A DNA stretch of 64,000 bases, taken from positions 566,523 through 630,522 of the forward strand of contig MU058815.1 of assembly GCA_013265495.1 (NCBI GenBank). Direction: 5' to 3'. This stretch comes from Vicugna vicugna. Taxonomy: Eukaryota. Positions 51,201-60,590 of this stretch are shown one piece after another (the first letter of the stretch is position 1; the number at the start of each line of letters is the position of its first letter). The position numbers and the translations under genes are program-made. The notes below the pieces were generated by a model that ran no database searches, had not been told where the DNA came from, and saw only the letters and a program-made list of their open reading frames with translations.

Positions 51201-54200
51201 TTGAGGCTCTGATTTTTAAAAATCCTTTTTTCCTTCTCTGTTTCAGTTTGGGTAATTGATACTGACTCTGTCTTCAGTTCTGCTAACCTTTTCCCCCTGC
51301 TTTGTCGAGGAATCGATCAGCATTTCAGGTATTACCTTCTTCTGCTCTACACTTTCAAGTGCTTAAAAAAAAATTCCACTTCTTTGCTGAACTTCTCCTC
51401 TTTGCTAATTTGTTTATATTTTTCACAAAGTCCTGAACTGTTTCTAAATTTACTTGTAATGATTCCAACATATGGCATCTGTGGGTCTGCTTCTATTAAA
51501 CTTTTTCTTTTTTTTTTGGATTAAGGATGCTGTTCTCCTGCTTTTTCACATCTGTTTATTTTTTATCCATCGCTGGAGGTTATGAATGCTATGATACAGG
51601 GACTCTGGATTGTGTTACATATTTTTCTAGAGAGTGTTCTGTGTTTTGTTCTGATAGGCAGTTGATCTGCTGATGGACTGGTTCAGATTGGCTGAGACTT
51701 GGGTTTTGACATCGTTGGGGTGGTTTTCTTTTAGTCATCACAGCCGAAGGATGGCCTTTCTGGGTCTCAGCTGAACGCCCAGGGTTTTCACCCATGTCTC
51801 TCCGCTCTGCCTGGGTCAGAAATCGAAAGCCTTTCCAGCACTGTGCTGCCTGTGAAATTTCTGTTCCTCTCTCAGTGCTCCCCGCGGGTGTCGTGGAGTC
51901 TTGCTCTGTCCACGTGGAGCTTTGAACTTGGCCCGGAACGTCGAGGGCAGCGCTGCGTGGATTTCTGGGACGTCTTCTGCGTGTGGACGTCTCTTCCCTC
52001 TGTGTGCTCCGCCTTGCAGATTTCAGGCCTGTTAGAATTTGTTTCCTCTGCCTGGCAAACGTCAGCTCTCTGCTTAGGCTCCGTTTTCCTACGTAGCAGT
52101 TTTGGAGAGTTCCCCTTAGGCAGAAAAATAGGGGCACGTGGAACCCACTTCACGTATTTCTCTTCTTTTAAGGAGGGCAGCCCTGTGCTGTCCATGAATC
52201 CATTCTTAGAAAGAGTTATTTTGTACGTTTTGTTTAGTTTTAGAATTATGGATGGTGGGAGGGTGAGTCCAATTCCAGACAGCTCTGCCGTAACTGGAAG
52301 AGGCCAGCCACGCTGTGTTTTGTGAGGCGTGGGGTTCAAGTGGAAAGGTTCTTGTGAGCCAGGTCAGAGAAGCACTGACACAGATTTGCATTCAGAAAAA
52401 TCCCTAGGTTCCAATGGTGAGATTAAAGATAATGCCAGGTGAGGCTGGAGCCCAAGGGACCAACTGGGAGGCAGGTCACTTTAGAAACTGTGGGTTAAAA
52501 TTACGTGCGGTAGAGGCAGTTGGGACGGAAAGGAGAGAATCGGAGGGATGTGGAGGAGCTGTAATCGACCAAACTTCACACTTGATCAGAAGCGGAAGCT
52601 CAGGGATGAAAGAATCAGGAGGGATTCTCAGCTTTCCTTCTTGAGCAAATGAGTGGATGCCACTGATATTTGCCGAGCTAATAAAACACGAGGTGGAAAG
52701 GATTCAGATGGGCGGGAGGGGAACAGATTTGATCATTTAACTTTTCCCCTCATTTGTTGTGTTGTTGAAGTACTTGAAAACAAATCCCAGACATTCCTTT
52801 CTATAATATCTATACACTTGAGCATTCATCTCTAAAAATACGGACTTCTTTCTCACAAAACATTGCTGTTATCACCCCTGAAGAAACTACCAGTGAGTCT
52901 TGTTTATCACCTAATAGTCCATACTCACATATCCCTGATTATTGCAAAGACATCTCTTTTGACAGTGCATTTCTTGGAATCGGAATCTAAAAATGGTCCA
53001 TATGTTGCATGTTGTAGTTCTCTCTTAAGTATCGCATAATCTTGGGTGGTGGTCTGTGCCGCTGATCTGTTGTTCCACAGGACTTTCTGCAATCTGGATC
53101 TGTCTGTTTCCTCGTGGTGCTTTCTAACTTCTTCCTCGACATCCTGAGTTTTCTACAACTGACAATGAGCTTTGAAGGCTCCGGTAAGAATACTCTAGGT
53201 ATAATTTTGTATACGTCACGTGGAAGCACGTCAGGGCACACGATGTCTGGTCATCTCACTCCTGGTAATGCTGAAATCAGTGACTGGTTTCTGGCATCGT
53301 CAGCATGATTCCTTGGACATGCCGAGTTTGTCCTGCCGGTGCGAGAGTTAAGACAGAGCGAGAAGAGAAAAGGGTGAAGGTCAGAGGACCAAGAAATGCA
53401 AATATTAGGAGGATGGTCAGAGAGAAAGAGGCCCATAAAGGAAACTGAGAAGGAGAATTCTGGGAGGCAAGGATCGCTGAGCTGTCAAGTAAGACAAAGA
53501 CCGAAATGTGTCCATTGATGGTTGATGGCTTGCAGTGAGAGCCATTTTAATGGAGACGTTAAGGCACAGGTCAGATTGCCATGGACGGAGGTGTCGGTAG
53601 GGCTGAGCAGTGGAGGACAGGAAAGGTGAATGACACTTTCAAGAACTGGCTACAGGAAACAGGAGAGAGATGGCATCACGTGAGCATAGGAAGGTTTGTT
53701 GGTTACACTGCTGTTGTTTTAATGGGGAGATATATTCATGGTGAGGTGAGTGTTTAGGACTCATAAAGAGTTGTTATTAATAAAATAGAAAGTTCCCAAA
53801 AATGTCACTGGCTGGAAGTTTTCACTGCTTTGTTCATTAATTTCACTCTCCACACATACTTTTTAAAAATTAAAAAAAATTGTTTAGAATGTTATAATTT
53901 TATAATATACATAATATAATTTTAGAAGAGCCATCAGCAACAGCAGAAATTTCCCAGTTGTGTTTTATAATTTCATGTCCACATTTTCATTCTTGTTTAT
54001 TCTTTCTTTCTTTCTTTTTTTTTTTTGACACGCACTTTTTAAATCTCATACCGTACTCTTCTTGTGAGCCGACCTGGTTTAGCTGCTACAGATTTTGAAA
54101 TGTTATGAAATGACTTAAAGCTGCTGTTAGATGAAGATGTTCGGGAGATTTTTGTAATTTGACCCACGTGCACCATTTATTTGCTGTTTTTATTTATGTC

Positions 54201-57200
54201 AGCCTTGTCTATTTAAAAAAAAAGATTTTGAGGCAGCTACTCTATGATAATTAGAATATTATCATGAGAGTCTCTTCAATTTCCAACCTGATGGCTTTTT
54301 TTTTCCCCAATGTATATGGGCTTAGCAGATATAATTAATCACGAATACTGTATGATTTGATTTATAGAACATTTTTGAAATGACAAAATTTTAGAAATGA
54401 GTACAAGTTATACTGATTCCCAGGGATTAAGGAAGGAGGGGGAGGTAGAAAGGAGATAGACGGGATTATCAAAGGGCACCATTAGGAATCCTTGAAACTG
54501 TTCTGTATCTTGACTGTGGCGCTGGGTATAGGAACTTACACAGGGGATAAAATCGCATCGACCTTCATACACACACACACACACACGCAAACTAGTGTTA
54601 GTAAAACTGGGAAAATCTGCCTGAAGATGAATAGATTAGCTCTATCAATGTCAGCATGCTCGTTTTGCAAAACGTTACATTGGGCAAAACCAGGCAGAGT
54701 GAGCAAGAGATCCTTCTGTATTATTTCTTACAACTGCATGTGAATCTATAATTATGCTAATGAAAATTCCGATTGAAAAAACGAACCATGAAGCCCACGC
54801 TTGCTGTCGCTTCCTCCCCTTCTCCCAGGTTACAAGGCCCCGTATCTCTCGGTGTACAGTGAAAACGCGGTGGACGTCTTTGACGTGAACTCCGTGGAGT
54901 GGATCCAGACCATCCCCCTCAAGAAGGTGATTTGACCTTGAGACCATGTGACTGATGAATTACAGACGGAAAACGGAGGCAGGCCTTCTCTACTGTGCAT
55001 TTGCTGGGCTTGCTAACGAGTCCTTGGTCATTTGGAGGCTTAACTAAAAGTAAAACTAGCCAACCGAAATCAAATTGGCTAATTTTATTACTAGTACAAG
55101 AGCTATTTTGCGATATTTAGTTGCATTATTCAAAGTAGGATTGTCATGATATAAATAAACGTACTGTTTATACAGACAATATAAGATGAAAATTTACATT
55201 ATACAATATGGATGTTACCTCCCACATTCAGTTTAGTTGCTTGTATGTATCACTAACGTTCACTTGGAATAATCTTGCATCCTGAGAAGGTAAATTTTAC
55301 TGGCAAAAAAAAAAAGGAAAAGTATATTACCAAAGCTGTGTTTTAGGATTCTCAATCAGGATTTCACAGATTCACAATAAAATAAAAAAAAATTTCTATC
55401 TCTACCACAAATAATTTAAAATACAGATAAAAATTTAAAAGTAAAAAAACCCTGCTATTTCGTTAAGAGCCAACTGAAGTGGTTTAATGGAATTCATCAA
55501 ACCACACAAGGTTTAAGAATAATTAAATTCTGGAACATGTGGCCTGTACACAGCATGACTCATCCAGAAGGAGCTGATGCAGGAATAGGATGGACGAAAT
55601 AGTCACAGTTACGTGTGAGATTTTGCTCCACTTAATTTTTTTTCCCCAGGGAGATACACACAAAGTTGACAGCGTTTTTATTTATTAACACTTGAGAGTC
55701 CACAGTGACTCAGGGGAGGAGAAATCGTACAGAGGACCCACATGGAGTTTATCTTCTGATGTTTGATGGAAAAGTCTTATTTGCATCAATATCTAGAAGT
55801 GAGATCGGAACGTGTTTCCTTTCCGTTGTATGTTATCTTGGTCAGGTTGGAGTGTCAGCATGATGCCGAGTTCACCAAAAAAGGTTGGAGCCCCTCCTTT
55901 TAGGTGCCCTGGAAGATTCCGCTCCACTTTAAACCACATCAGCAGTGGGAAAAGCTTTTGTAAGGACTGTCCCACTGTATACAACATTAAAATACACATT
56001 TCCAGCATTCTAAATATGAATCAGTCACATTTGCTGTTTGATACAATGAATTCACAAGGCAGATGCATCTCAGGATAAACTTTTAGTTACTAACAACTTT
56101 TAAAAAGTCATTTTGGAAATTAAATGTATTTCTATTCAAGTCAGTAATGTTCCAATTTCTTTAACCTAGGGTATTCAAATTTCTGAAACTTTATCAATAT
56201 GAGTTTTTAACACCATTTATTCCCTTTGAGTGATATTTTTCTGTGTTTCTTTTGAGACACCGTTATTTTGAGGGGGCAGTTTAAATAGACTATCCTTCCA
56301 CTTAATTTTTTATGTATAAACAAATAGTCTCACAGCTTAATTTTTCACAAGTTTGTGTTAAGATGGTAACCGTGTCTTTTGTTATTTTAGGTTCGACCCT
56401 TGAATAGTGAAGGATCCCTAAATATTTCACTTTTGGAGACAGTTAGATTAATATATTTCAAAAATAAGAAGACAGGTAAGAAACAACTTCTTTTTAGTAG
56501 ACCTGTTGCTAAGAACCCACGCCTCTAGCTGACGGCCCCGGGCCGCAGAGCCAGCGAGGGGAGAGGGCCTGTCAGTGGCACCTGGGCCCTTCACCGCCAG
56601 ACCGGGATGTGCTCATGACGAAGGGTGGCTCTCTTTTACCCCCGGATAACTTTGTAGATAAAAGCACTGACTTGTGGCACACTCCAGTTACTTTTTTTTT
56701 TAATTTGAGGTAAAATCAGTTTATAATATTTTGTTACTTTCTGGTGTACAGCACAGTGGTTCAGTTACACACATGTATGTTCCTTTTTATATTCTTTTTC
56801 ATTATAGGTTATGACAAGGTATTGAATATAGTTCCCTGTGCTGTGCAGTAGGACCTTGCTGTTTATTCATTTCGTATATGGTAGTTAGTGTCTGCAGATC
56901 TCAAACTCCCCATTTATCCCTCCATCCTCCCCTTTCCCCGCTAGTAACCAGAAGTGTGTTTTCTATGTCTGTGAGTCTGTTTCTGTTTTGTAAATAAGTT
57001 CATGTGTGTCCTGTGTCTAAATGTCCTCTTTTTATAAGGGCACAATCATATTAGCTTAGGGCCCATCCCATGACCTCATCTTAACTTGACCATCAGCAAA
57101 GGTCCTAATTCCAAATAAATTCACATTCACTTGCCTGAGGGGAGGGGTTAGGACTTTAGAATCTTTGGGGAGGACACCATTTAACCCACCACAAGCTGTT

Positions 57201-57956
57201 TTATTTTCTTTCTGGAGTGTAAGACAGTTTTGCGGGTTTCTGAGTGACAGGTCTGTTGGTTTCTAGATGTAAAGACCTAAAGTAGAGCTGGTCGTGGGCT
57301 TGTGGGTTCTAAAGACGATGGAAGGAGGCAGCGCGCAGAGGCTCTCACCTCCAGGAGAAATGCGTTGCTTGGTTACAATAATTGCAAAAAGTTTCATCTG
57401 CACAATGATCGCCCTTTACACTTTACCCTGCCACGTAGCAGACGATTTTGATATCCTTTAGTGACAAAAACCAGTAGGAGAAAAACGCAGCACAGAAATA
57501 AGAGGGCAAATCAAAGTGGAAAGAGACCAAGACGACTGTTCCTCCTTCTAGTGACATGATGTCGTCTTAGAGATAAATGTCACGCAGGATTTGTTTTTAA
57601 GGATGGCTTAAAATGAATGTGAAATTCTGTTCGTGGACGCTCTGTGTATACTCTTGATAAATTCGCCACAGTCATCCATCTCTAACTTTAAAAAACCAGA
57701 GTGGTGTGACATGTGTGCATTTGTGGGATTCACGTGAGAAAACATAAGGTTAAGGGATGGGAGATGGGAGGCATCTTAACAGTTTAAAGGAGGCCATTGT
57801 TTTGTCTGTTTTAAAATACGTGTAGATGGAGATGAGCTGGTGTTTCCCGGACCATCAGAGAATCCTCAGAAGCAGGTGACCCGACACGTCGGCGGCAAGC
57901 GGCTTTCCTCCTCCAGGGTCCCCAGAGGGAAAGCGAAGCCGTCCTCGGGGCTGTGA
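22067..57956 (+). CDS. CDC42BPA-like: Diverged partial paralog of CDC42BPA/MRCK-alpha: 16 spliced exons encoding degenerate coiled coil, C1, PH and CNH; no kinase or CRIB seen
   Basis: Exons 22067-22160, 22586-22716, 24134-24198, 26851-26927, 34593-34703, 37345-37428, 38991-39096, 40659-40795, 41436-41575, 43445-43526, 45174-45390, 46520-46582, 49209-49805, 54829-54926, 56391-56475, 57826-57956. All introns are GT..AG with compatible phases. The total is 2218 nt with no internal stop, colinear with the C-terminal half of MRCK-alpha. Confidence 0.88.
22586..22716 (+). CDS. CDC42BPA-like: CDC42BPA-like exon (DMPK-coil region, degenerate)
   Basis: tgtag|[45 protein letters not shown]|gtgagc vs DMPWKMRRFAKLDMSARLELQSALDAE... 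Confidence 0.78.
24134..24198 (+). CDS. CDC42BPA-like: CDC42BPA-like exon (coiled-coil end); 3' boundary inferred
   Basis: ctttag|[23 protein letters not shown]|gtgagg vs KLKDSEKKNLELLSEIEQLIK. Homology continues (EDLRSNR) to 24222, where the ancestral GT is absent. Confidence 0.65.
24347..24388. repeat. (GT)n microsatellite
   Basis: Directly visible. Confidence 0.95.
26027..26378 (-). mobile_element. MER2/MER2B-like TcMar-Tigger DNA transposon
   Basis: ccgtggattcaacca...aatctagagatgatttaaagtatac.ggaagatgtgtgtaggtt.tatgcaaatact...ggaaccaatcccc..gaatactgagggataactg. Confidence 0.85.
26851..26927 (+). CDS. CDC42BPA-like: CDC42BPA-like exon (linker)
   Basis: ttccag|[26 protein letters not shown]|gtaagt vs GIEHQDSQHSFLAFLNTPTDALDQFE; same length. 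Confidence 0.8.
28600..29210 (+). mobile_element. MLT1-type MaLR LTR remnant
   Basis: ctaatcagttgact.agttaat.aaaaggga...aggaaatgagttctgc...gacaccttgatt.cagcc...ctgtgcc..gcccagattcctga...tgttttaag...gtggtaa.ttgt.ac.cagc.tagaaaactaat.ca. Confidence 0.7.
29930..30066. other. Assembly gap (137 N) in the G-rich FGF2 leader
   Basis: Run of N flanked by G-tracts. Confidence 0.99.
31025..31382 (-). pseudogene. NUDT6: NUDT6 (FGF2 antisense gene) last-exon remnant carried inside the FGF2 retrocopy 3'UTR
   Basis: Minus strand reads ctttag|[35 protein letters not shown]...[22 protein letters not shown]...EELPAVYTG..., vs recalled NUDT6 [38 protein letters not shown]. Disabled by a stop, frameshifts and a deletion. 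Confidence 0.88.
33122..34070 (+). mobile_element. Old L1 ORF2 fragment
   Basis: tgataaaattcaa...aatggtgaaatactgaaa...tttctattcaa...gtcaatacacaaaaatca...ccatttacaatagcat...ctcaatattataaa. Confidence 0.75.
34315..34482 (-). mobile_element. Young 5'-truncated L1 3' end with perfect 16-bp TSD
   Basis: TSD tttgccacccattatt at 34299-34314 and 34483-34498. The body ttttattga.ttata.tcattttacaatgttgtgtcaaattccagtg is shared with the copies at ~48880 and ~60190. Confidence 0.88.
34593..34703 (+). CDS. CDC42BPA-like: CDC42BPA-like exon (homolog of an alternatively spliced MRCKa linker exon)
   Basis: ttctag|[37 protein letters not shown]|gtgcct vs TDPVENTYVWNPSVKFHIQSRSTSPSTSSEAEPVK. 111 nt, phase 0-0. 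Confidence 0.75.
37345..37428 (+). CDS. CDC42BPA-like: CDC42BPA-like exon (pre-C1 linker)
   Basis: attcag|[28 protein letters not shown]|gtactt vs TVDSTPLSVHTPTLRKKGCPGSTGFPPK. 84 nt. Confidence 0.82.
38660..38955 (-). mobile_element. L1 3'-end fragment
   Basis: tgaagtacagtc.gttacaatgtgt...gaatatagttccctgtgctata...tttgcaaatctcaaactccc. Confidence 0.8.
38991..39096 (+). CDS. CDC42BPA-like: CDC42BPA-like exon, C1 domain first half
   Basis: ttgtag|[36 protein letters not shown]|gtaaga. Confidence 0.93.
39150..39512 (-). mobile_element. MLT1A-type MaLR LTR
   Basis: ctgggtggctt..acacaga...tctcttttctaagggtgctaatcccagtcacgagggctccaccctcaggacctaatc...aaacatccagcccattgca. Confidence 0.75.
40659..40795 (+). 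CDS. CDC42BPA-like: CDC42BPA-like exon, C1 second half / PH start
   Basis: aaag|[46 protein letters not shown]|gtaagt. Confidence 0.93.
41436..41575 (+). CDS. CDC42BPA-like: CDC42BPA-like exon, PH domain
   Basis: taaag|[48 protein letters not shown]|gtaagc. Confidence 0.93.
41990..43140 (+). mobile_element. Old L1 ORF2 and 3'UTR fragments
   Basis: aaaaccccacagcaaac.tcata.ttagtgg...ctaagatcaggaacaagacaa...ttattcaacattgtactgga...aaacaaccccaatgtccat. Confidence 0.8.
43445..43526 (+). CDS. CDC42BPA-like: CDC42BPA-like exon, PH domain
   Basis: cttcag|[28 protein letters not shown]|gtaagc vs DEEFSVSSVLASDVIHASRKDIPCIFR. Confidence 0.9.
45174..45390 (+). CDS. CDC42BPA-like: CDC42BPA-like exon, PH end / CNH start
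   Basis: ttctag|[73 protein letters not shown]|gtacgg. Confidence 0.93.
46520..46582 (+). CDS. CDC42BPA-like: CDC42BPA-like exon, CNH
   Basis: tatag|[22 protein letters not shown]|gtaagg vs [21 protein letters not shown]. Confidence 0.93.
46623..46672. repeat. (TAA)n microsatellite
   Basis: Directly visible. Confidence 0.95.
47640..48756 (+). mobile_element. L1 ORF2 end plus 3'UTR (L1MA-like) with an internal (TG)n
   Basis: gcaaaggaaaccatcaa...aaagaagacatacag.tggccaacagg...ctcacacctgttagaatggct...tgttatatgtcaattatacctcaataa. Confidence 0.9.
48878..49096 (-). mobile_element. Young L1 3'-end fragment with TSD
   Basis: Flanked by tattgggacctttt (~48864) and tattgggatctttc (~49097); same family as 34315. 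Confidence 0.85.
49209..49805 (+). CDS. CDC42BPA-like: CDC42BPA-like large CNH exon
   Basis: gtgtag|[18 protein letters not shown]...[19 protein letters not shown]...[35 protein letters not shown]|gtaagg. 597 nt open; coincides with the supplied ORF 49220-49894. Confidence 0.96.
49955..50233 (-). mobile_element. Two adjacent tRNA-derived SINEs (Vic-1-like)
   Basis: Each has ggaggt.attagg...gaacccaggacct.gtgc...ctct.cca.tgagctgtaccctcccc. Confidence 0.85.
50850..52300 (-). mobile_element. Old L1/HAL1 ORF1-5' region, antisense
   Basis: T-rich, with cattgtttctgatgagaa.tca...tctttggttttcagcaatttgac.at.atgtgt...aattacatgtatgttaggc motifs. Confidence 0.6.
54829..54926 (+). CDS. CDC42BPA-like: CDC42BPA-like exon, CNH
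   Basis: tcccag|[33 protein letters not shown]|gtgatt vs [33 protein letters not shown]. Confidence 0.95.
56391..56475 (+). CDS. CDC42BPA-like: CDC42BPA-like exon, CNH end
   Basis: ttttag|[29 protein letters not shown]|gtaaga. Confidence 0.93.
56695..57195 (-). mobile_element. L1 3'-end fragment followed by the 5' part of an MLT1 LTR
   Basis: attctttttcattataggtt...gaatatagttccctgtgct..., then aatgtcctcttttataagg.cac..tcatatt.g.ttagggcc...atgacctcatcttaact. Confidence 0.75.
57826..57956 (+). CDS. CDC42BPA-like: CDC42BPA-like putative terminal coding exon
   Basis: gtgtag|[43 protein letters not shown] vs EGDELVVPETSDNSRKQMVRNINNKRRYSFRVPEEERMQQRR. TGA at 57954-57956 falls immediately after the ancestral exon end. 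Confidence 0.8.
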
Positions 57957-58037
57957 CTTCACCCCCTCGCGTGTGGGCCGGGGGGGCCCACCCGATGACC
58001 CCGTGGTGTCTGCTGTAATTTGGAAGAAAAGGAAAGA

Positions 58038-58043
58038 AATAAA
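58038..58043 (+). terminator. Candidate poly(A) signal of the CDC42BPA-like gene (second candidate at 58389-58394)
   Basis: AATAAA about 80 nt after the stop, with a GT/T-rich tract (gtgtttatttttgggtg) downstream. Confidence 0.45.
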
Positions 58044-59329
58044 CCTATGGAGCTCGGGCAGAGACATCTGTTCGCAGCAGCGCCGTGTTTATTTTTGGGT
58101 GCGACTTTAAAGAAAACCTTTAAGAATGGAAGTGGCCTGCGTTTCTTTGTGAAGGTGGAATGACTGAAATTCGGCATGTGAGCCGCCGCGTCATGCAAAG
58201 AGAGCGTCCGTCCCTCAGTCACTTTGCAAAGGAACGAACACTCTTGCGCTGCACGTGGATTGATTGCTCTCTGACCCTGAACGTGCCTGCCTTTGACTCG
58301 AAGAGAACCTTTGTTAATGAGCCATCACTCAGTGGTAGTTTCTATAACTGAATAGGTAGAAAAATATGCTGACCTTCTTTGGATTACAAATAAAAACATT
58401 TTCAGAGTAACGCTGGTTCTTCTAAAAGTTACACAAAAATATACATAATAGGACGAAGCTTCTCTGATGTCTGTGGCGGTTAACGGCCGTGTGATTTCAG
58501 TCAAAAACTTCAAGATATGTAATTTAAAAAAGTATCTGGGGAGCGTAGAATTACTGAATCGTCTCTCCAGCCACCACATTAGTACTTGGCCAGAGCTGCC
58601 AGCTGCCCTTGAAAAAGTCACCAGCACCATTTTGTCTTCGTCTTTTGAAGTTAATTGCAGGGGCAGGTTTGCTGATTAATATTTCAAGTAATAATCTGTA
58701 AGAAAGTAGTACTTTCCAAAGTGGAGCTGAGGGCTTTGTCGTCTCAAACACGAGGATTCCTGAAGTCTTCATCTAAATGGGTGTCTTCCATCCTTTCCCT
58801 CTTCCATCGTCAGAGGAGAGGTGGAGCTGGGGTTGGCCGCCCCACCCGACACGGGTCTGTTCTCGCGTCGAAGGATGGAAACAGGAAGTCGTTCCCAGGC
58901 ATGTGTTTGATTTTGAGGTATTTCTGTGTGTGCAATAACTCAGTCTGGTCACTTCTGAACTTTTTTCCATGAACGATGCCTGGGGCTCAGAGGGGAGCTG
59001 AGCATCCACCCCAGCTGGGTGCCCACAGGTGGCACAGGTAGTGAAAAGAGGACACATCGGCAGACTGCACAGCCCACCTTACCTTCAGCAGGACCCCCTG
59101 TGGAGCTGACTTACACCTCAACATGCAGGCAGCAAGGTGGTGTGAGCCAGTGCCCCTCCTCCATTGGGAAGGTGTCAATAGAGCCAGGAGGGAGCTGGAC
59201 TTCTTGCCCACCCTTCAGCAGCATGGCAATGGGAGTCACCATGCCGATTTTGCCTGGGTGGTGCCAGCAAGTCCTTGTAGGGTGCTGAACATACACACCT
59301 GCCTGGCTCTCATGCTGTTCCTCAGTGTA

Positions 59330-59990
59330 GGGCCTGTCTGCTAAAATAAGACATTGAATAACATCCAGGGTCTCTAACATAACGCCCCAAATGTCCAAGA
59401 CACAACGGAAAGTCACTAGTCACGCTGAGAACCAGGAGAGCCACAACTTGAATGAAAGAAGTCCATCCATCAACAAACACCCACGTGGCAAGGAATCAGA
59501 TGTTGGAATTATCCGACCAAGATTTTAAAGCGGACATCATGAAAACACTTCAAGAAGCAATTATGGATTCTCTTGAAACACATTTAAAAAATAAAATATC
59601 AATTAAAAAACCCCCCACAAGTTGTAATAAAGACTCAAATGTTACAGAACATAAAAATGCAATAAAAACAAAGCAAACGCTCTCTGGATGGCCTCAGTAG
59701 TAGTGTGGAGGTGACAGAAGATAGAATTGGGGAATTTTAGGACAGAGTAACAGAATGTAACCAGTCTGGAAAACAGAAAACAGACTAGGGTAGAAATGAA
59801 GAGTCTCAGAGACCCACAGGGCTACAAAAACAAGAACTAACGTGCATATTACTGGAGTCTGAGAAGGGGAGGTGAGAGGATGAGAGAGACTAGAAGAGTA
59901 TTTAAGGAACCAATGGCCACAAACGTCCCAAATTTCGCTAAAGACCCAAACCTATACTTTCAAAGGCAGAACAAAACCCAAATAGGTTGA
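59330..59990 (+). mobile_element. Old L1 ORF1 fragment
   Basis: cagatgttggaattatc.gac.aagattttaaag...ctggatggcctcagtag...ggagtc.gagaagg.gag...atggcc..aaac.tcccaaattt. Confidence 0.7.
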
Positions 59991-60099
59991 GATCGATCAA
60001 GATGTGAGAGTAGGAAGACGTGGGGTGATCTTTGCGGCTAAGCATGGCCTGACCCCAGCCGCCTCCCTGCCTCTCTCCCTTCCCAGCCCTCAGCTGGGG

Positions 60100-60590
60100 G
60101 TGGGGTGGGGAGACGTAATTAGGTTTATTTATTTATTTATTTATTTATTATTTATTTATTTACTTTTAATGGATGTACTGGGGATTTTTAAAAAATTTTC
60201 TTTTATTGAGTTATAGTCATTTTACAATGTTGTGTCAAAGTCCAGTGTAGAGCACAATTTTTCAGTTATACATGAACATACATATATTCATTGTCACATT
60301 TTTTTTCGCTGTGAGCTACCCCAAGATCTTGTATCTATTTCCCTGTGCTGTGCAGTGTAATCTTGTTTATCTATTCTGCATATGCCTGCCAGGATCTACA
60401 AATCTCGAACTCCCAGTCTGTCCCTTCCCACCCCGCTCCCCTCTGGCAACCACAAGTCTGTATTCTATGTCTATGAGTCTGTTTCTGTTTTGTATTTATG
60501 TTCATTTGTCTTTTTTTTTTTTGAGCCCAGGACCTCGCGCCTGCTCAGCACTCACTCACTCACTCTACCACTGAGCTACACCCCCCCCAG
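60100..60590 (-). mobile_element. SINE split by a nested young L1 3'-end fragment (~60190-60520)
   Basis: The SINE text aatggatgtactggggatt| is interrupted and resumes |gagcccaggacctcgcgc...ctctaccactgagctacacccc after the L1 piece. Confidence 0.85.

Noticed and set aside
51589..52339. ORFs of 155-182 aa
   Set aside because: They lie in degenerate L1-like sequence within an intron.
22067..57956. Calling this the CDC42BPA ortholog, CDC42BPB/CDC42BPG, or a processed pseudogene
   Set aside because: It is too diverged and lacks the kinase half for an ortholog. Residues and linker exons follow alpha rather than beta or gamma. Introns are at ancestral positions, so it is not retroposed.
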